A stretch of 64,000 nt of DNA from an uncultured Spirochaetota bacterium (GCA_963820525.1 CAWGAA010000003.1:768001-832000); one strand, 5' to 3'. Shown: positions 10,026 through 21,490, numbered from the stretch's first letter. Program-made: numbers and translations. Notes: generated from the sequence alone by a model not told the origin.

Positions 10026-13000
10026 GCGAACAGAGAATCGAGATCACGCTGGACGGCAGAAAGCTCATGGTGGAGCCGGGGAAGACCATCCTGGAGGTTG
10101 CGCAGAGCCAGGGGATCGATGTTCCCACCCTCTGCCATGACCGCCGCCTGGAGCCCTTTGCCTCCTGCTGGGTTTGCCTCGTGAAGGTGGAGAAGGCGAA
10201 AGGGTTCGTGCCCTCGTGCGGCACAAGAGTCGCTCCGGGGATGGTCATTTCCACCTCCTCGACGGACGTGCTCGCCGCGCGAAAGACGGCCTTCGAGCTC
10301 CTGCTCTCCAATCACTACGGCGATTGCAAAGCGCCCTGCTCCCTCTCCTGCCCTTCCAATGTCGATATCCAGGGCTACATCGGCCTTCTGGCAAACGGCA
10401 GGACGGCCGAGGCCGCGGAGCTGATCCGCAGGGACAACCCGATGCCCGCCGTGATCGGGAGGATCTGCCCGCGGCCGTGCGAGTCCGCGTGCAGGCGGCG
10501 CCTGGTGGACGAGCCGCTCAACATCAACGGCCTGAAGCGCTTCGTCGCCGACGCGGAAAGCGAGACGGGCGGGATGCCGGCGGGAGCGCTCCCCCCTCGA
10601 ATGGGCAAAAGGGTCGCCATCGTGGGCGCCGGGCCTGCCGGGCTTTCCGCCGCCTGGTACCTGTCCCAGGAAGGCGTGGACGTCACCCTCTTCGAGGCCA
10701 TGGAGAAGGCGGGCGGAATGCTTCGCTATGGAATCCCCGACTACCGGCTCCCCTCAGCCGTGCTCGACCGCGCGATCGCCGAGATGCTGAGCCTGGGGGC
10801 CGTGCTCAAGACCGGGGTGGCGCTGGGAAAAGACATATCCCTGGTGGACATTCGGTCCGACTTCGACGCCGTTATTCTCGCGATCGGGGCCTGGAAGAGC
10901 CGGGACCTTCGCATCCCGGGGGAAGAGCATAAAGAAGTGCTTTCCGGCATCGAGTTTCTCCGGGACGTGAACTCGGGAAAGCCGGCAGCGGTGGGCGCGC
11001 GCGTGGCGGTCATCGGCGGCGGAAACACGGCGCTGGACGCGGCCCGATGCTCGCTCCGCCTGGGCGCGCAAAACGTCACGATCTACTACCGCCGAACGCG
11101 GGAGGAGATGCCGGCCTCCGATGCCGAGATCGAGGAAGCCCTTGAGGAGGGGATCGGCATCCAGTTCCTCGCCGCTCCCGTATCGATTCATGCCGAAGGC
11201 GAGCGCCTGAAGTCCCTGACCCTGTTGAAGATGGAGCTGGGCGAGCCTGACGCCTCGGGGCGGAAACGGCCGGTTCCCATCACGGGCTCCGAGTTCTCCG
11301 AGCCCGTGGACAGCGTGATCTCCGCCGTAGGACAGTACGCGGACACCCGTCTTCTGGAATCCCTCCCCGGGCTCGTTGACGGGAGAGGCAGCCTGATCGG
11401 TGACCCCGAGACGGGCTCGACCGGGATTCAGGGAGTGTTTGCCGCGGGAGACCTCCTGAGCGGGGCCGATATCGCCATCCGGGCCGTCGCCGGCGGAAAG
11501 AATGCCGCCCGCTCGGTGCTGGCCGCTTTCGAGGCGCGGCCGGTCGTTCTGCCGAGGGAGTTCCTCAGCAAGAAAGAGGATTTCCGGGAGCCGTCTCCTG
11601 ACGATTACAAGGACACCCTTCGCGCTCCTCGATCGAGAGCGCATCTGCGCGCCCCTGAAGCCCGAAAGAAGGATTTCGCCGAGATCGAGAGCGCCCTGAG
11701 CCGGGACCAGGCAATGGCTGAAGCCGCCCGCTGCCTTGCCTGCGGCTGTCAGGACCTGAAGGAGTGCAGGCTCAAGGACTATGCCGGCCGCTACGACGCC
11801 ATGGCAAAGCGGTTTCTTGGCGAGGTGGCGGTCCATCCCATAGACGACAGCCATCCCTTCATCTCCCGCGACCCTTCCAAGTGCATCCTCTGCGGCCGCT
11901 GCGTCAGGATCTGCCTGGAGGTCCAGGGGATCGGGGTGTTCGGATACATGTACCGCGGCTTCGCCTCACTCGTGGCCCCTTCTTTCGGAACGCCTTTCGG
12001 CAGCGACACGGCCTGCAACTCCTGCGGCCAGTGCGTGTCGGCATGTCCCGTTGGAGCCCTCACGGAGAAGCTCCCGGGGCGAAAGACCGTTCCCCTGGAG
12101 GAGACGGTGGAGGAGGGCTACTGCTCCCTCTGCTCGATGTGCTGCGCCCTGGAGTATCGACGGCACGGAAGCATGCTCACGCGGGTGACCGAGCGCTTCG
12201 AGGGGCCCGGCAACGGCAAGCTGTGCAAAAAGGGAAGGTTCGGCCACGGTTTCCTGGACCATCGGACGGCGGGAGGCCCCCGGGGACCTGACGGCGCCGC
12301 GCTCACCCTGGATCAGGCGGCGGAGATGGCCCGGCGGATGCTCGCCGAGGCCAGACACCCTCTCATGCGAATCTCCCCGCTTCTCTGCGGCGAAGCGATA
12401 GACGCTTTTGTGGCCGCCGCCGCGAAAATGGGAATCCCCGTCCAGGCGTACGGCCTGGAGCGCCTTGATCCCGGCTGGGCCCGTCTTGTCGACCTGGATG
12501 GCCGCGCAGACGGTCTCTTTCAGCCCGGATACCTCGCTTCCCCGAACACGGTTTGCCTCATGGTGGGCGATATAGCTTCCTCCAACAACGTGGCATTCAC
12601 CGAGGTCTATAGAATGCGGCGCCAGGGCCTGATCGAGCCCTGGATCGTGGGACATGACGATGAAGTGGCTCGGCGGGTCGCCTCGAAGGTCGAACCCGAC
12701 CTTTCAAAGCTCAAAGCCATTCTGGAAATCGCTTCGAAAGAAGGCAAAACGGTAGAGGTTCTCGTCAACCCCGAGGCAATCCATGAAAGACATGGCAAAC
12801 GGGCTGAGAAAGCCGTTCTGGAAGCATTGAGCGCAGCGGGTGCGGCAGGAAACCATCGAGTGACTCTCCTCTGGAATTGCCGCAACTCGGGCTATCTTCT
12901 CTCTCAGGTGCACAAAGCAACCCTTGCCGGAAAACACGACCTGTATCTCGACGCTGGAATAGATGATGGAGATGCTTCGGCAAAGCGGATCGTCTGGGGG

Positions 13001-13144
13001 AGAGGAAACGGAGAGAAGACCCTCTCGATTCCCCTTCCTCTTGAATTGTGGATCAGGGGAAGGTCGTACCCTTCGGGAAGAGAGAGCCTCCGGATCGGTT
13101 CGATTGATGAAGAGGGCCTCGCCGCGCTGACCCTCCTGCTATAG
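10022..13144 (+). CDS. Large FeS/FAD oxidoreductase: 2Fe-2S + GltD/NfnB-like module + NuoG-like 4Fe-4S region + degenerate tail
   Basis: ATG at 10022 overlaps the upstream stop. [50 protein letters not shown] and CGQCVSACP motifs. Confidence 0.85.
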   Translation: MSEQRIEITLDGRKLMVEPGKTILEVAQSQGIDVPTLCHDRRLEPFASCWVCLVKVEKAKGFVPSCGTRVAPGMVISTSSTDVLAARKTAFELLLSNHYGDCKAPCSLSCPSNVDIQGYIGLLANGRTAEAAELIRRDNPMPAVIGRICPRPCESACRRRLVDEPLNINGLKRFVADAESETGGMPAGALPPRMGKRVAIVGAGPAGLSAAWYLSQEGVDVTLFEAMEKAGGMLRYGIPDYRLPSAVLDRAIAEMLSLGAVLKTGVALGKDISLVDIRSDFDAVILAIGAWKSRDLRIPGEEHKEVLSGIEFLRDVNSGKPAAVGARVAVIGGGNTALDAARCSLRLGAQNVTIYYRRTREEMPASDAEIEEALEEGIGIQFLAAPVSIHAEGERLKSLTLLKMELGEPDASGRKRPVPITGSEFSEPVDSVISAVGQYADTRLLESLPGLVDGRGSLIGDPETGSTGIQGVFAAGDLLSGADIAIRAVAGGKNAARSVLAAFEARPVVLPREFLSKKEDFREPSPDDYKDTLRAPRSRAHLRAPEARKKDFAEIESALSRDQAMAEAARCLACGCQDLKECRLKDYAGRYDAMAKRFLGEVAVHPIDDSHPFISRDPSKCILCGRCVRICLEVQGIGVFGYMYRGFASLVAPSFGTPFGSDTACNSCGQCVSACPVGALTEKLPGRKTVPLEETVEEGYCSLCSMCCALEYRRHGSMLTRVTERFEGPGNGKLCKKGRFGHGFLDHRTAGGPRGPDGAALTLDQAAEMARRMLAEARHPLMRISPLLCGEAIDAFVAAAAKMGIPVQAYGLERLDPGWARLVDLDGRADGLFQPGYLASPNTVCLMVGDIASSNNVAFTEVYRMRRQGLIEPWIVGHDDEVARRVASKVEPDLSKLKAILEIASKEGKTVEVLVNPEAIHERHGKRAEKAVLEALSAAGAAGNHRVTLLWNCRNSGYLLSQVHKATLAGKHDLYLDAGIDDGDASAKRIVWGRGNGEKTLSIPLPLELWIRGRSYPSGRESLRIGSIDEEGLAALTLLL

Positions 13145-13330
13145 GACTTTTACCACCTTGCCGCTTCGCAGGCAGCGGGTGCAGATCTTGACCGTCGTCT
13201 TGGTGCTTCCCACCATGGTCCGTACCTTGTGGAGATTCGGCTTCCAGGTTCTGCGGGTCCGATTCTTCGCGTGGCTTACTTTATTTCCGGTGACCGTGCT
13301 CTTGCCGCATATATCGCACTTGCGAGCCAT
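13139..13330 (-). CDS. rpmB: 50S ribosomal protein L28
   Basis: MARKCDICGK..GNKVSHAKNRTRRTWKPNL..CTRCLRS. Confidence 0.97.
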   Translation of the reverse strand: MARKCDICGKSTVTGNKVSHAKNRTRRTWKPNLHKVRTMVGSTKTTVKICTRCLRSGKVVKVL

Positions 13331-13488
13331 AGTATTTCCTCACCTTGAGTCGAGATTCGTGAGCAAAAAACATACACAAAACAGTTGATTGTGTAAAGAG
13401 GAGGCCGGGGGGTTTATGGGGCGGACGCCCATCTGACTTCGGCCGCCGGTTTTTGTATATTTATACGGTACAGCACGGAAACGGGAGA

Positions 13489-13932
13489 ATGAATATGAGA
13501 ACAGTTCGAGACGTCTTGAAGGAAAAGGGAAACGCGATGTGGACGGTCAGCCCGGATGCAACCGTCTTCGAAGCCCTCCAGCTCATGGCCGAGCGCAACA
13601 TCGGAGCCGTCATGGTGCTCGAAGGGGGGGCCCTCGTCGGCATCCTCTCCGAGAGGGATTACGCGCGCAAGGTGGTTCTCAAGGGCCGGATGTCCAAGGA
13701 CACGCGGGCGCGCGATATCATGACTGAACACGTCCTGTTCGCGCGGCCGGACCAGAGCATCGAGGAGTGCATGGCGGTGATGACCAACAAGCACATCCGG
13801 CATCTTCCCGTATTCGAGGCGGACAAGCTCGCCGGCCTGATCTCCATTGGTGACGTCGTGAAGGCCATCATCGAGGACCAAGGATTCACGATAGGGCAGC
13901 TCACCGACTATATAACAGGAAAGACCCGATAG
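13489..13932 (+). CDS. CBS-domain protein
   Basis: GILSERDYARK, HIRHLPV and SIGDVVK: tandem CBS pair. Confidence 0.9.
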   Translation: MNMRTVRDVLKEKGNAMWTVSPDATVFEALQLMAERNIGAVMVLEGGALVGILSERDYARKVVLKGRMSKDTRARDIMTEHVLFARPDQSIEECMAVMTNKHIRHLPVFEADKLAGLISIGDVVKAIIEDQGFTIGQLTDYITGKTR

Positions 13933-13989
13933 CGCGGCCGGCACCTCGCCTGATCCGGCGTTATGCGGTCCGCGGAAAGGAGTCGAATC

Positions 13990-14781
13990 ATGAAAAAAAG
14001 TTTCTTTGCCGTTCTTCTCCTGCTCGCCCTCTCGTCGCTTTCGGCCATGGCTGACGCCAGGGCCATGCTCAACATCAAGTCCCCCTCGGCCCTCGAGGCG
14101 AACCAGGGAGACCTCGACATCCTGCATCGCTTCTTCGGCAGCATTTTCGAACAGCCGCTCCAGTCACTTTTCGGAATCAACTCCGGGGCCAATGTGTACA
14201 TCGGCTACCGTTATATGATCGGCTCCGGCTTCGAGCTCAATGCCGGCTACTACTGGCTGTACCAGGAGTTCACCGTGGGGGCAAGCTACACGTACAGCAT
14301 GCCATTCGGGCTCCACACCCAGGCCGACCTCCAGTACTTCAACCTCGCCCCTTCGGCCACGGAGCGCGCGGGAGGCGTCTATGCAGTCGTGAGCCTGCAG
14401 ACCGACCCGCTTTGGGGGTTGTTTTCACCGGTACTGGTGACGGGCTACGACAGCTACTACAACCGCCTGGGCTTCGGCGCCGGCCTGCTCGTGACCGTCA
14501 TGGAGGGGCTTTCCGTCATCGCCGAGGTCTACCCGCCCTTCGGGATCGGAGGAACCGCCCACACCGACGAGCTGGCCGCCTACGCGACGGTGTCGCTGGG
14601 CGTTAGGCTGGACACCTTCGGGCACAACTTCGTGTTCCTCGTCGGCAACAGCTACCAGATGGAAGAGCGCAGGCTCATGGCCGGCTCAATCGGCGGGCCT
14701 CCCGGCACCGGCCTTGGCGGAACCGGCTTCCTCAACGCCCTGTACCTCGGCTTCAACGTTCATCGGCGCTTCGACTACTAG
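13990..14781 (+). CDS. Putative outer-membrane beta-barrel protein (DUF5777-like)
   Basis: Signal peptide, 'ILHRF', 'DTFGHNFVF', C-terminal 'LGFNVHRRF'. Confidence 0.65.
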   Translation: MKKSFFAVLLLLALSSLSAMADARAMLNIKSPSALEANQGDLDILHRFFGSIFEQPLQSLFGINSGANVYIGYRYMIGSGFELNAGYYWLYQEFTVGASYTYSMPFGLHTQADLQYFNLAPSATERAGGVYAVVSLQTDPLWGLFSPVLVTGYDSYYNRLGFGAGLLVTVMEGLSVIAEVYPPFGIGGTAHTDELAAYATVSLGVRLDTFGHNFVFLVGNSYQMEERRLMAGSIGGPPGTGLGGTGFLNALYLGFNVHRRFDY

Positions 14782-15212
14782 CCCGTGATATCGATCTTCC
14801 ATCCCATGTCGGGATGCACGGCGCATTGGTAATAGATGAGGGCGGGAGTCGATGCCCCGGGGGTGAAGGTCAGGGTGCCGGTCTGGGTCTGCGATCCCAT
14901 GACTCCGGACGTGATCTCGCCCGGCGCGCCCGGCCCGCCGGTGGGATCCGTAGTGAGATAGAATGGATGCCCCGGGGTATCGATGCCGAAGGTATAGGTG
15001 ACGCCCCTGGTCAGGGTGATCTCCTGCTCGTGCACCCCGTTTATGGCGAAACAAAACGCGTTGCCGACGCCGAAGTAAGGATCTCCCGCGGTTTTCGCCA
15101 CCGCCGTCACGTCGAAGTCCGCGTTGGCCGTCGTGCCTGCGGGCATGCACGAGACAAGCGCGAGGGCCAGGAGGCCCGCACCCGATACCGTAATCCATTT
15201 CAACAAGCGCAT
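14778..15212 (-). CDS. Cupredoxin-like lipoprotein
   Basis: Lipobox-like LVSC; GHPFY and YYQCAVHPDMG (type-1 copper ligand pattern H...C-x2-H-x2-M). Confidence 0.65.
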   Translation of the reverse strand: MRLLKWITVSGAGLLALALVSCMPAGTTANADFDVTAVAKTAGDPYFGVGNAFCFAINGVHEQEITLTRGVTYTFGIDTPGHPFYLTTDPTGGPGAPGEITSGVMGSQTQTGTLTFTPGASTPALIYYQCAVHPDMGWKIDITG

Positions 15213-15275
15213 CGCTTACCGTCTCCTTCACGCATCTCATACGCGGGAGCGCGGACTTCGGATGCATGGCGCCCT

Positions 15276-15713
15276 TTATTTTCCTCCCGGACGGGACCTC
15301 TCTTCCACCGCCAGGCTGAGCCTTTCCGCTCCCGACTTCTTCACGGCGTCGAGCACCTGGATGACACGGTCGAAGATGACGCTCTTGTCCGACCTCACGA
15401 TCACCGTGGTGGTCGTGTCGCCGGCAAGCAGGGCCTTCACCCCCGCCGTCAGGCCGGAGAGCGCGGCGGGCTTTCCGCCGAGGTAGATCTGGCCCCGGGC
15501 GTCGATCGACACCTCGATGGGGCTCTTGGGCTGCGCCGGAGCACGCACGTCGGCCTGCGGCAGCTTCACCTGGATCCGCGATTCGCGGCTGGGATTGAAG
15601 GTGTACACGAGACTGAAAGAGGTGAAGAAAAAGATGAACATGTTGAGGATGATGTCGGTGATCGCCACGGACTCCAGGGAGACCATGGCGTCCCTGTGCG
15701 TGCGGATTTTCAC
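15276..15713 (-). CDS. exbD: Biopolymer transporter ExbD/TolR
   Basis: TDIILNMFIFF transmembrane helix, VKLP, VRSDK..VIQVLD. Confidence 0.85.
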   Translation of the reverse strand: MKIRTHRDAMVSLESVAITDIILNMFIFFFTSFSLVYTFNPSRESRIQVKLPQADVRAPAQPKSPIEVSIDARGQIYLGGKPAALSGLTAGVKALLAGDTTTTVIVRSDKSVIFDRVIQVLDAVKKSGAERLSLAVEERSRPGGK

Positions 15714-16402
15714 AGGGCCACCTCCTTGCGCCCGGAGCCCAGGATGTCGAGGAGCTGGTTGCCGAAGTAGCTCATCTGGGAGGCCTGGCTCTTGATGCGC
15801 GCAACGAAGAGGTGGTAGCAGATGAAGTAGGGAATCGCCACGATCAGCCCGGCGGCGGTCGTGATCATGGCCTGATAGATTCCCGCCGCAAGCGCGTTCA
15901 CCGTGATGTTCGTTCCCAGCTGCTCCCAGGTCATGAATGCTTTGATCAGGCCCACGATGGTGCCCAGGAACCCCAGCATGGGCTCCACCCCGATGATCAC
16001 CAGGAGTCCGCCCAGCCCCCGCTCCAGCCTCTGGATGTTGCGCTCCCCTTCCCGCTCCAGAAGCCGCTCCAGCTCATCGCGCCTCATGCCGCGGTTGGAG
16101 ATGCCCAGAAGGAAAAGCTTGCCGATGGGGTGTTTCACCGCCCCGCATTTCTCCGCGGCCTTCGAGTAGTAGCCGCGTTGAACGTCGAGGAAGACGTCCT
16201 TTGCGAACAGCGGCACGTTCTGCCGGATCGCCAGGAGCGCCCACGCCCTCTCGAGGATTATGGCGAGCGCCACGACGGAAAGAACAATGATCGGCACCAT
16301 GACGGCGCCGCCCTTGATGATCATAGGAAGCATCAAAAACCCCCTGAAAGGCCTGAGAGGCCTCTCGCGCGTAACGATATCACGATCCGGCAAGCTTTTC
16401 AT
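15710..16402 (-). CDS. exbB: MotA/TolQ/ExbB proton channel protein (start uncertain)
   Basis: GGAVMVPI, PMLGFLGTIVGLI and GIYQAMITTAAGLIVAIP motifs; coupled to exbD. Confidence 0.85.
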   Translation of the reverse strand: MKSLPDRDIVTRERPLRPFRGFLMLPMIIKGGAVMVPIIVLSVVALAIILERAWALLAIRQNVPLFAKDVFLDVQRGYYSKAAEKCGAVKHPIGKLFLLGISNRGMRRDELERLLEREGERNIQRLERGLGGLLVIIGVEPMLGFLGTIVGLIKAFMTWEQLGTNITVNALAAGIYQAMITTAAGLIVAIPYFICYHLFVARIKSQASQMSYFGNQLLDILGSGRKEVAL

Positions 16403-16478
16403 CAGCCTCCGGGCGCTGCCTTTTAGAAAGTTTTGCCTCTGTTATGCCGAAAATCGAAGGAGGGGACGGTTAGAAGCC

Positions 16479-18032
16479 ATGATGCCCTTCTCAGGATCCG
16501 ACAGAGACGGCGCAATCCTTGTCCATATATCCGAGGACGAGATGCTTGCCGTTGTGGACCTCTACCCCCATGTGGGAAAGGGCAAGCCGCTCGATCTGGA
16601 CTCTGTGGAATACGCCATGCTCAATGCGGGCGTCACGAACGGAATCGACCGGGAAGCCCTGGTCGAGGGCATCCGAAACACGGAAGGCAAAGACGAGCCG
16701 CTCAAGGGGGTCGCGGCGGCGCGAGGAACACCCGCTGTCAACACGACGCCGCTGCACTTCGAGTTGTCCTTCCATGCTGAGAGCGCGCATGCCAAAGCCC
16801 AGGAGAAGGTCGACTACCGGGAGTCCTCCGCCATTCCCATCGTGCATAAGAACGACGTGCTGGCAAGACCCGTTCCACGCGTGGAAGGCAGGCAGGGAAT
16901 CACCGTGACGGGAAGAGAGCTGCCCTTCTCGGATGCTGCGGATGAGCGGCTGGAAGCGGGAGACAACGTCGCGGTATTGGGAAACGGCCAATACGTGGCC
17001 CGGGACGACGGCCGCCTGATAGCCGAAAAGGGAAGGATCCGCATCGAAAGCGCGCTGATCGTGGAGAAGGACGTCGATTTCTCCACGGGAAACATCCGCT
17101 TCCCCAAGGACGTCGTCGTCAACGGAAACGTGCTGGACGATTTCGTGGTGGAGACCAACGGGAACCTCTCCGTCAAGGGGCTGGTTTCCGCGGCGTCCCT
17201 CTACGCGAAGGGCGCGATCGAGATCCTGGGAGGTTTTTCGGGAAAGGGCCGGGGAGCCGTCCGGGGAGACGGTGAGGTCCATGTGGCGTACGTGGACAAC
17301 GGCCTTCTCGTCTGCAAGGGGAATCTCGTCGTCGCCAATGAAATCGTCAACTCCTCGGTCTTCTCAAACGGGAAGGTCACCTGCGTCGGGAAAAAGGGGA
17401 CCATCATCGGCGGCAGCGTCAGCGCGCGCGGCGGAATCGAGTGCTCAACGGCGGGCGCGGAGAGAAGCCACGCCACGCGGCTGGAAGTCGGGGTCGACGT
17501 GCTGGCGGCATCGCGCCTGAAAAAAGCCGAGGCTCTGATCGCCAGGCTTTCCGAGCGGATCTCCGCCGTGGCCTTCGCCCTGGAGGATGCGTCGAGGAAG
17601 GGGAAGAGCTCGCCGGGCCTGGACAAGGAACGAAAGGAGCTCGTGGGAAAGCTCAACGAGGTGGTCCTTGTCCGTGAGAAGCTCAAGGAGGTACTCTATT
17701 TCCCCGAAGCGGCTCTGGTGCGCGTGCACGCACGCGTCTTTCCGGGAGTGGTCATCTCGATATGCGGAGTCGAAAAACCGATCACGGAGACGATGGGCCC
17801 CACGACATTCGCCCTGGACGCCGGCAGCGGCCATATCGTAACCGACAAGCAGCCCAAAGGCTCTCATCCGGCGGACGCCGGAGGAGTCCATAAGCCCGGC
17901 GCCTCCGCTCATGAGAAGGGCGGCCATCCGGCGGACGGTCGAGGCGCGGGCGAGCGCAAGCCCGCCCCCCCCGCGCACGAGCAGGGCGGCGGCGGCGAGC
18001 CCCGACGCGGGAAGCGCAAAGGGGACGGTTAG
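16479..18032 (+). CDS. FapA/DUF342 family protein
   Basis: ISEDEMLA, ARGTPA, VDYRE, GITVTG, VDFSTGNI, IIGGSV and VFPGV pattern; low-complexity tail. Confidence 0.85.
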   Translation: MMPFSGSDRDGAILVHISEDEMLAVVDLYPHVGKGKPLDLDSVEYAMLNAGVTNGIDREALVEGIRNTEGKDEPLKGVAAARGTPAVNTTPLHFELSFHAESAHAKAQEKVDYRESSAIPIVHKNDVLARPVPRVEGRQGITVTGRELPFSDAADERLEAGDNVAVLGNGQYVARDDGRLIAEKGRIRIESALIVEKDVDFSTGNIRFPKDVVVNGNVLDDFVVETNGNLSVKGLVSAASLYAKGAIEILGGFSGKGRGAVRGDGEVHVAYVDNGLLVCKGNLVVANEIVNSSVFSNGKVTCVGKKGTIIGGSVSARGGIECSTAGAERSHATRLEVGVDVLAASRLKKAEALIARLSERISAVAFALEDASRKGKSSPGLDKERKELVGKLNEVVLVREKLKEVLYFPEAALVRVHARVFPGVVISICGVEKPITETMGPTTFALDAGSGHIVTDKQPKGSHPADAGGVHKPGASAHEKGGHPADGRGAGERKPAPPAHEQGGGGEPRRGKRKGDG

Positions 18033-19994
18033 GAAAGCATCACCTGGCCGCCGGTTACGGGCAGGGCCTGGCCGGTCTCGTACTCCTGCTCTACAAGGTA
18101 GAGGATTGCGCGCACAACGTCTTCGACGCGGCACCCGCGGCCCATGGGCACGCGGGACTCGTAGAAAGCCTTCACGTCCTGGATGCTCTTCGCGCCGGGC
18201 GACCTTCCCCGCCCGGAGGTATTGCACGAAAAGCCCGTTTTCAGGGTCGGACCAGAGCGGCCCCTCGAAAAAGTTTCCCGGGCAGATCGAGTTCACCTTG
18301 ATCCCGTGCTCCACGAGCTCGAGGGCGAAGGACTGGGTCAGGCCGATCCCGCCGAACTTGCTCCCGGCGTAGGCGAAGTTCTTGTTGCTCCCCTCCAGTC
18401 CGGATTTCGAGTTGATCTGGATGATGTCCGTAATAAGGCCGGAACGGAAGCGATGCTGGAGCTTCATCACGGGGGAGAGGTGCTTGACGCAGAGGAAGTA
18501 GCCGGTATAGTTGACCCGCGTCACGAAGTCGAAGGTTTCCTCGGCCAGCTCATCCAGGCCCCCCGCCCGAAGGACCCCGGCGTTGCTCACCACGAGGTCG
18601 ATGCCCCCGAAGCATTTCACGCTCTCCCGGGCCAGGGCATCGAGGGAGGGGGGACGCGTCACGTCGGCGGCGACGAACAGGGCGCCGTTTGCCGCTCCGC
18701 CCGCGGCGAGACCCGCGGCTACGGCGCGGCCCTCCGCCTCGTTCACGTCCGCCACCACCACGTTGGCGCCCGCGCGAAACAGCCCCTCGGCAATCCCCTT
18801 GCCGAATCCCTGCGCCGCCCCCGTGACCACCGCGATCCTGCCCTCCAGCCTGCGCTCGGCGGCCTTCTTTGCCACGGAGCTCCGGTAGCTTTCGACTTCC
18901 CACGACGTGATGAACTCGATCTCCTTCCTTGAGAGGAAGCGCGGACCACCGAAGCTCTCGGACAGGGCGCTCACCCTCATCATATCGGCGAACATGTCGA
19001 GTGCCGTCTCCGCGGAGCGCTTGGAGTCCTCAGCCGCCGCCATCCCCAGGCCGCCGATGAGAAGCACCCGCGGAAGACTTCCCCAGGCCTTTCTGTATTC
19101 TTCAAGCCGCAGGGGCATTGCGGAGAGAAACGCATCGAGGTCTCCCGTGAAATCCGCCACCAGAGGCGAGACCCCGCAGTACACGATGTTGTCGGGCGTG
19201 AATGGCAATGACACTTTGCGGCGGTTCTCCGGGCGCAGGAACCACTCGATGAGCGAATCGTTGCGGATCGAAAGGATCTTCGGCCTCTCGACCCCCGAGA
19301 GCATCATGCGCAGGGCCGGAAGAATGCCGGTCACCACTTCGGGCACGGGGAGGGGGCGGACCTCCAGGGGCGCAAAGAAGGCGCCCCGGATCTTTGCCAG
19401 AACCTCTTCGGTAAGCGACTGGATCTCCCCCGCCGTGTCCGCGGCCACCACCAGGCCGTGGTTCTGCATGAGGATCACGTGGGGGTCTCCTCCGCGCCCC
19501 TTCCTGCAGGCGGCAAGGGCGACCGCGAGGCTCCGGGCCAGGGTATAGCCGGGGTCCGTGTAGGGGATGAAAAGGACGTCGTCCCCGAAGAGCCTCCGCG
19601 ATTCGGCTTCCCCGTTTGCGGCGCACAACAGGGCATTGACGGTGAAGGGGTGCGTGTGCACCACGAGGCGGTATTCGATCATCTCGTGAAGCGAAGACTC
19701 GACGGACGGGCGGCCCCCCCTCTCCGGCTGGAGGCGGGCGGCCAGGAGATCGGCCTTGACCTCCGCTTCGCGCCGGAAGGGGTCCGTGCTGTAGATCCTG
19801 GAGAGGATCTGCCGGACGGCCGCTCGGGAGAGCAGGACGAATCCATTTTCGCTGATGCCGCGAAGCGGAATGCCGCTCGCTTTCACGGCCAGGGTCTCGT
19901 CGTCCTTGATCGAGGTGTTCCCGCCCCCGGCCACGGCGAAGTCGAGGCCTTCGCCGTAGAATCGGGAGATTTCAACCAGCCCCTTCATGTCCAT
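18029..19994 (-). CDS. Class II aldolase-like domain fused to an SrlD-like short-chain dehydrogenase, frameshifted at ~18200
   Basis: GGGNTSIK, KASG, PSVE, HTHP, QNHG; then VTGAAQGFG, NAG, INSKSG..YAGSKFG. Removing one base near 18200 gives KVPGAKSIQDVKAFYESRVPMGRGC...TGQALPVTGGQVMLS-stop at 18029. Confidence 0.85.
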
Positions 19995-20001
19995 GGATCC
20001 G

Positions 20002-21273
20002 TCACTTCCTTCTCGCGAGGACCTTTTTTTCGTACTCCGCGACGTTCGACATCCACGTGGCGCCCACCGGTACTCCCTTCTGGTGGCAGTAGCGGTCCCA
20101 GACGGCGCCCAAGGGGAGGGTCTTGATCTCCTCCATGAGGGCGAGGCGCGCCGTGAGGTTCCCTGAAGTCTCCACCCGCTCCAGCTGCTCCGTCGGCTCC
20201 AGGAGCGCAGCAAGCACGGCCTTGAGCGCGGCCCGCGCCCCGATCACCCACGCGGCCACCCTGTTGATGCTGGCGTCGAAGTAGTCCAGCCCGAGGCTCA
20301 CGCGGCTCCATGCCCCGGCGCGCGCAATCTCCGAGGCCACCGCCCGCAGCGGGTCGTCCAGGATCACCACGTGGTCGCTGTCCCAGCGTACACCGCGGCT
20401 CACGTGGATGAACAGCTCCCTGGCGAACAGGAGAATCGCCGATATCTTGTCCGCCACCGACTCGGTGGGATGGAAGTGCCCCATGTCGATGGTGAGCATC
20501 ATGTCGTTGGCCAGGGCATAGCCGAGGTAGAACTCGTGGGAGCCTACCACGTAGGACTCGGAGCCGATCCCGAAGAGCTTCCCCTCCACCGTGTCCCGAG
20601 CGAACCGCGGGTCCAGCTTCCTGGCGAAGATCCGGTCCAGCGACTCCTTCAGCAGGGCTCGCGGAGTGAAACGGTCCACCGGGACGTCCTTGTAGCCGTC
20701 CGCGATCCAGAGGTTCACGATGCAGGGGCTGGCCAGCTCCCTTCCCATCGCTTCTGCGATCTCCCGGCAGCGGATGGCGTGCGCCACCCAGAAATCCCGC
20801 ACCTTTTTGTCCCTGCTGGAGAGGGTGAATCCGCTTTCCGCCAGCGGATGGCTGAAGAAGGTCTGGTTCAAGTCCAGCTTGACTCCCTTGTCCTTGGCCC
20901 AGGAGATCCAGCGGGAGAAGTGCTCGGGAGCCAGGCGGTCGCGCTCCACCTTCTTCCCCCCGGTCTCGGCATAGATTGCGTGAAGGTTCACCCGGTGCCG
21001 GCCGGGGATCAGCGAGAGGGCTTTTTCAAGATCGAAACGCAGTTCCTCGGCGTTTCTCGCTTTGCCGGGATAGTTTCCGGTGGCTTGAATGCCCCCGCCG
21101 GACAGGCCTCCGTCACCCTCGAATCCCCCGACGTCGTCCCCCTGCCAGCAGTGAAGGGACAGGGAAATCGCGGCCAGGCTTTTCATGGCCGCTTCGGTGT
21201 CGACGCTCCAGGCTGAATATGCAGCCTGCGCCGCCTCGTAGTCGCGCGAGATCCTTTTCTCGCCAAGCTCCAT
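20002..21273 (-). CDS. rhaA: L-rhamnose isomerase
   Basis: SLHCWQGDDVGGFE, TGNYPGKAR, KLFGIGSESYVVGSHEFY, GHFHPTE, HVSRGVRWDSDHV. Confidence 0.97.
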   Translation of the reverse strand: MELGEKRISRDYEAAQAAYSAWSVDTEAAMKSLAAISLSLHCWQGDDVGGFEGDGGLSGGGIQATGNYPGKARNAEELRFDLEKALSLIPGRHRVNLHAIYAETGGKKVERDRLAPEHFSRWISWAKDKGVKLDLNQTFFSHPLAESGFTLSSRDKKVRDFWVAHAIRCREIAEAMGRELASPCIVNLWIADGYKDVPVDRFTPRALLKESLDRIFARKLDPRFARDTVEGKLFGIGSESYVVGSHEFYLGYALANDMMLTIDMGHFHPTESVADKISAILLFARELFIHVSRGVRWDSDHVVILDDPLRAVASEIARAGAWSRVSLGLDYFDASINRVAAWVIGARAALKAVLAALLEPTEQLERVETSGNLTARLALMEEIKTLPLGAVWDRYCHQKGVPVGATWMSNVAEYEKKVLARRK

Positions 21274-21490
21274 AACGGGCCTCCTCGGCGCCGTCGGGAC
21301 GGTTGGATGGCCGGCCTCGACGCCGCATTACGCTCAAGGAAAAATGTACAGGGAGGAGAGTCATCGGGTCAAAGAGCCGCCAAGCGGCGCGAGGGCGCCC
21401 TGGCCGGCGAGCGCCCGCCTTGTGCCGGGCGCCGCCGCGCATCGCAGCCATCGGGCTCAGCGTCGGCCCGCCGGGGTTGCACGCCGCGCT

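Noticed and set aside
17860..18000. Repeated CATCCGGCGGACG in the FapA tail
   Set aside because: An in-frame low-complexity peptide repeat (HPAD), not a CRISPR or mobile repeat.
17445..20213. 922-aa ORF as a single protein
   Set aside because: The N-terminal extension overlaps rhaA and the C-terminal extension results from the frameshift near 18200. The real gene is about 18029-19994.
21274..21490. GC-rich intergenic palindromes (also ~30360-30450, ~42515-42570, ~46410-46470) as a REP family or ncRNA
   Set aside because: I could not establish a shared consensus by eye; high GC alone produces such pairing.
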